Below, one piece after another: positions 60,620 to 64,000 of a stretch of 64,000 nucleotides of DNA. The stretch spans positions 30,277,715-30,341,714 of the forward strand of contig NC_092379.1 in the NCBI RefSeq assembly GCF_030028105.1. The letters are read 5' to 3'. A program made the translations under genes and the position numbers. Below the pieces are notes generated by a model. It had not been told where the DNA came from, made no database searches, and saw only the letters and a program-made list of their open reading frames with translations. The stretch's first letter is position 1. Every line of letters begins with the position of its first letter. This DNA comes from Mobula birostris (lineage: Eukaryota).

Positions 60620-63600
60620 ATCTTTTCTGATATAAGACCACAAGATATTGGAGCAGAATCAAGCCATTCTGCCCACCAAGTCCTGTCGGAGATTCTATGC
60701 TGTCGGATTTATTATCGCTTATTATTGCTCTAAATATTTGACACACTTGCTAAAGAAGAATCAATTACATCCAACATGCAATCTAACATTCACAGCCGTC
60801 AGAGGCAATGAATTCCGCAGACTGCTGGCCCTGTAGCTAATTATATTCCTCCTTATCTCTATCTAAAGTGAAGCACTTCTAGACGGAAAGAGAAGATGGT
60901 GAAGCGACACAGTGCACGTAGCCTCTCCGGTGAAATGATATCGTATTTTTTGAATACGGGGCAATGCACAGATCTGATTTGATGGAAACAGCCGTGAGAA
61001 GCACAGAGGAACTTCTGGAGAAATTTCTGAAATGCCCGCTTCGCTGCCGCTGCCACTGTGAGATCGAGAATTTCCGGAGGGAAGGCCCCAAGTTCTCGGT
61101 CTTGCCTGCTGCTGGCGGCCGGGGCTGGAATCGAAGCGCTCGGCAGAGATGGTGCTCGGTGTTCAGTGTCGGAGGCCTGGTCGGAGGCTCGAAGTTTTCT
61201 GACGGCTCGGAGTCGGACTGTGGTCGGGCATGGCTGGGAGAGTTGTCTTCCTTCTCCCGTCTGCGTGAGAAGTGCGACTTTCGAGAGACTTCGAATTTAT
61301 TTTACTGTGCACGGGGCCTGTTCTTCAGCAAGTTACGGTATTGCTTGCACTGTTTTAACTATATGTTATAATGTTGTGGTTTTTGTCAGTTTTTCAGTCT
61401 TGGTCTGTCTTTTGTTTCTGTGATATCACACTGGAGGAATATTGTCTCATTTCTTAATGCATTCATTAATAAATGACAATAAAAGAGGACTGCGTGTCCT
61501 CATAATTTAATCTAATGATGTAATCTATTTTGAGATTGTATTCGCCGATCCAAGATTGTCTAATCATTGGAAAATTCCTATTCGTGTGCACTGGATCTAG
61601 GCCTATTAATGTTCGGTAGCTTTCAATGAGATTTCACCATTTTTTTCGATTCTAGCCTTTAGTGGTCCACAGTCAACAAGCGATCCACAAACGCTTTGCT
61701 CTTGCTGCTCGAATTATACTGGTGAAATGCTCCGGAACCTCTCCATTGTCAGCTCATCCTTTCTAAGATATAGGGTCCAAAATTGCTTACAATTCTCAAG
61801 GTGTAGTCTAACCAATGCCTAACAAAAGCTTTAGCATTGCACACTTGTTTTTATATTCTCGTCCTCTCGAAATGAATACAATATTGCTACTTACTCCTGA
61901 CAACTGACATAACTTGCACGATAACCTTTACTATTTCCAACACGAGGACTCACAACTCAATTCCAATTTATTAATTTCCCTCCACTTTAGATTATATTCT
62001 ATCTGTTTATTCCTACTACAAAAGTGCCTGAAGATATCGGGCACTGCACTATAAAACATGGGCCACGTCGTTGACAATTCGCCTAATCTGTTTTCGTATT
62101 TCTTCCACCTTCACGTCTCCTGAACGCCCTAAATCGGTCAGTCCTGAAGAACGTTTGCTTCCTCTATTCTATCTTGCCTCATTCATCGCCACCTTCGCCT
62201 TATCTCAGTCACTCCTAAATGTGAAAGTTTTTCATGATTATTCCTTGAATCATTGTCAAACATTCCTTTCCGCCAATCCTACGTTCGCATGCTCGACCTA
62301 AATGATATAGCCATAGATATTAACTCTGCCATTTAAACACTTAAAATAACAGAAAAAAATGGAATTATAACATGTTCCATATCACTGCTGTATAAAGTAT
62401 GCTCAGCACATTTGATATATCTCTCCACCTTCTACAACGCAGGCATAAAAACATTGCCACATACTGTGCCAGACTTATCACATTGAAGGAGGTGTCGATG
62501 ATGGTGACTGGAGCGTCCCTCTACACAGCATATTGCAATTCTCTCTAACAGAGTATGCTTCATATGTCAATCATTTCTTCCCTTATTTCCCTGACGCCAA
62601 TCATTATCTGATGCGATTTAGAGTAGGCTGTTAAACTATCAAATAAGTCATCTCAAACTGCACATTAAAAATGTATCATAGGGAGTTATACGGGACTAAT
62701 CAATCGATCACGAGAGCAAATTAGTGTGTAGTTAAACGGAGTTGTTAGCCAACATTGGATCTGATGACTCTTACCTGAGTGTCATAAGGGAGGCACTTAT
62801 GGAAATTAGAAATATGTGACAGACTGTCAGACGGTGCTGAAGCTTTGTGTATAGGGGTAAGGAACTGGCAGGGTAAACAGACCCTGATGGTCGTGGTGCA
62901 CAGACCACCCCAAGCAGCAGTCAGCGTGTGTTCGAAAATCAGAACGGGAGATAGACATTACATGCTACAAGGGTAATATTACAATACACACGGGGGAATC
63001 CAATATGCAGGAATATTAGGAAGATCTATTAGTTCTGAATTCGAGCAAGGGGAGTTTCTACAGTGCCTACGAGATGGATCTTTCGACCACATCATGTCTG
63101 AACCCACGACGGGATCTGCCTTTCTGCTTTGTGTGCTTCGCAACGAACAGATTTATTGGAAACATCAAGGTTAAAGTAACCAACGAGACAGATGATTATA
63201 ATATGGTTACATTGATCTTGAAAATTGAGAAGGAAAGACTGATGTATCAGTGTTTCAATGGAGTAAAGGGAATGACAGAAGTATCAAAAAGGAGTTGGAC
63301 AGACATATTTAGAAATCACATTGCAGGGGCGACAGCAGAGAAGGAGTGTTTGGAATTTCTGGAAGATATTCGGAATGCACAGATTCAATGCATCACAAAG
63401 ACGAATATATATTCTAATGTAAAGATGGCAGAAGGTTGGCTAACAACAGAAGTCATGGCCAACATACAAGTCAATCTTAGGGCATATATTGCAGAGAAAA
63501 ACACAGTGCGTATTTAGAGGATTAGGAAACCGTAAGAAGATGCAACTGGGCCTGTGTGAACTCCGAATGATCTGGGACGTAGAGGGGCTTGCAGGTTGCA

Positions 63601-64000
63601 TACTTAAATATGTAGTTATACCCACGGAGCAGGACCCAGGAAACTGGGTGATACTCGCGAAGGGAAAGGTGTTGAGGAGCCAGCGCAGAGAACTCCTTTG
63701 GCAATTCCCCTTTGGATTAGGTTCCGCTGGATGTCCTAACAGCGCAAAGTCAGAGTGTTCGGGTCTATATTACCTAGTCTTTCTCTAAGTTCAGGAAGGA
63801 AGGAGGGAGAACAGGAACGCAGTATCGATAGGGAAATCGTTATTTAGCTATACGGACAGTAGGTCGAGTGGACCGAAAAAACGATTCCCCAATAGCGTGG
63901 ATCCTGCTGGGTGCCAGGGTCCGGGATATTCTTAAGTGGAAGAGTGAATACCCAGAAGACGTTGTTTAGGTACAGTAGGTTTCCATAAAATAGGCATGAT
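60620..64000. mobile_element. Mosaic of decayed LINE fragments (CR1 minus-strand pieces, a LINE 3' UTR-like insert at about 60960-61520, CR1 plus-strand APE remnants from about 62650)
   Basis: CATAAGACCACAAGATATTGGAGCAGAA tail, AATAAA followed by a TAATCTAAT tail at about 61480-61520, and scattered CR1-like motifs. Confidence 0.5.

Overview
Vertebrate genomic DNA dominated by transposable elements, containing one complete, unrearranged immunoglobulin mu heavy-chain (IgM) gene cluster on the minus strand (about 37.25-54.13 kb). The order is promoter, leader, VH, D1, D2, JH, Cmu1-Cmu4 with secretory tailpiece, TM1, TM2. The compact V-D-D-J-C minilocus, the RSS arrangement (V-23 / 12-D1-22 / 12-D2-12 / 23-J) and the protein sequences are typical of cartilaginous fish. 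A ray is my guess from the repeat landscape, and this is unverified. All exons are open with GT-AG boundaries in compatible phases, but the VH has Leu at the hallmark Trp41 position. The flanks and large introns hold a full-length L1-clade LINE with a 16-bp TSD, several CR1 and Rex1/Babar LINEs, Penelope elements with hammerhead-ribozyme relics, two Tc1 transposons (one very close to Sleeping Beauty), an internally deleted chromoviral Gypsy element, two inverted solo LTRs with internal minisatellites, a decayed ERV-like pol fossil, two SINEs and microsatellites. No other host gene could be identified with confidence. I found no clearly new biological system; the best leads are listed in the findings. 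All coordinates and alignments were made by eye.
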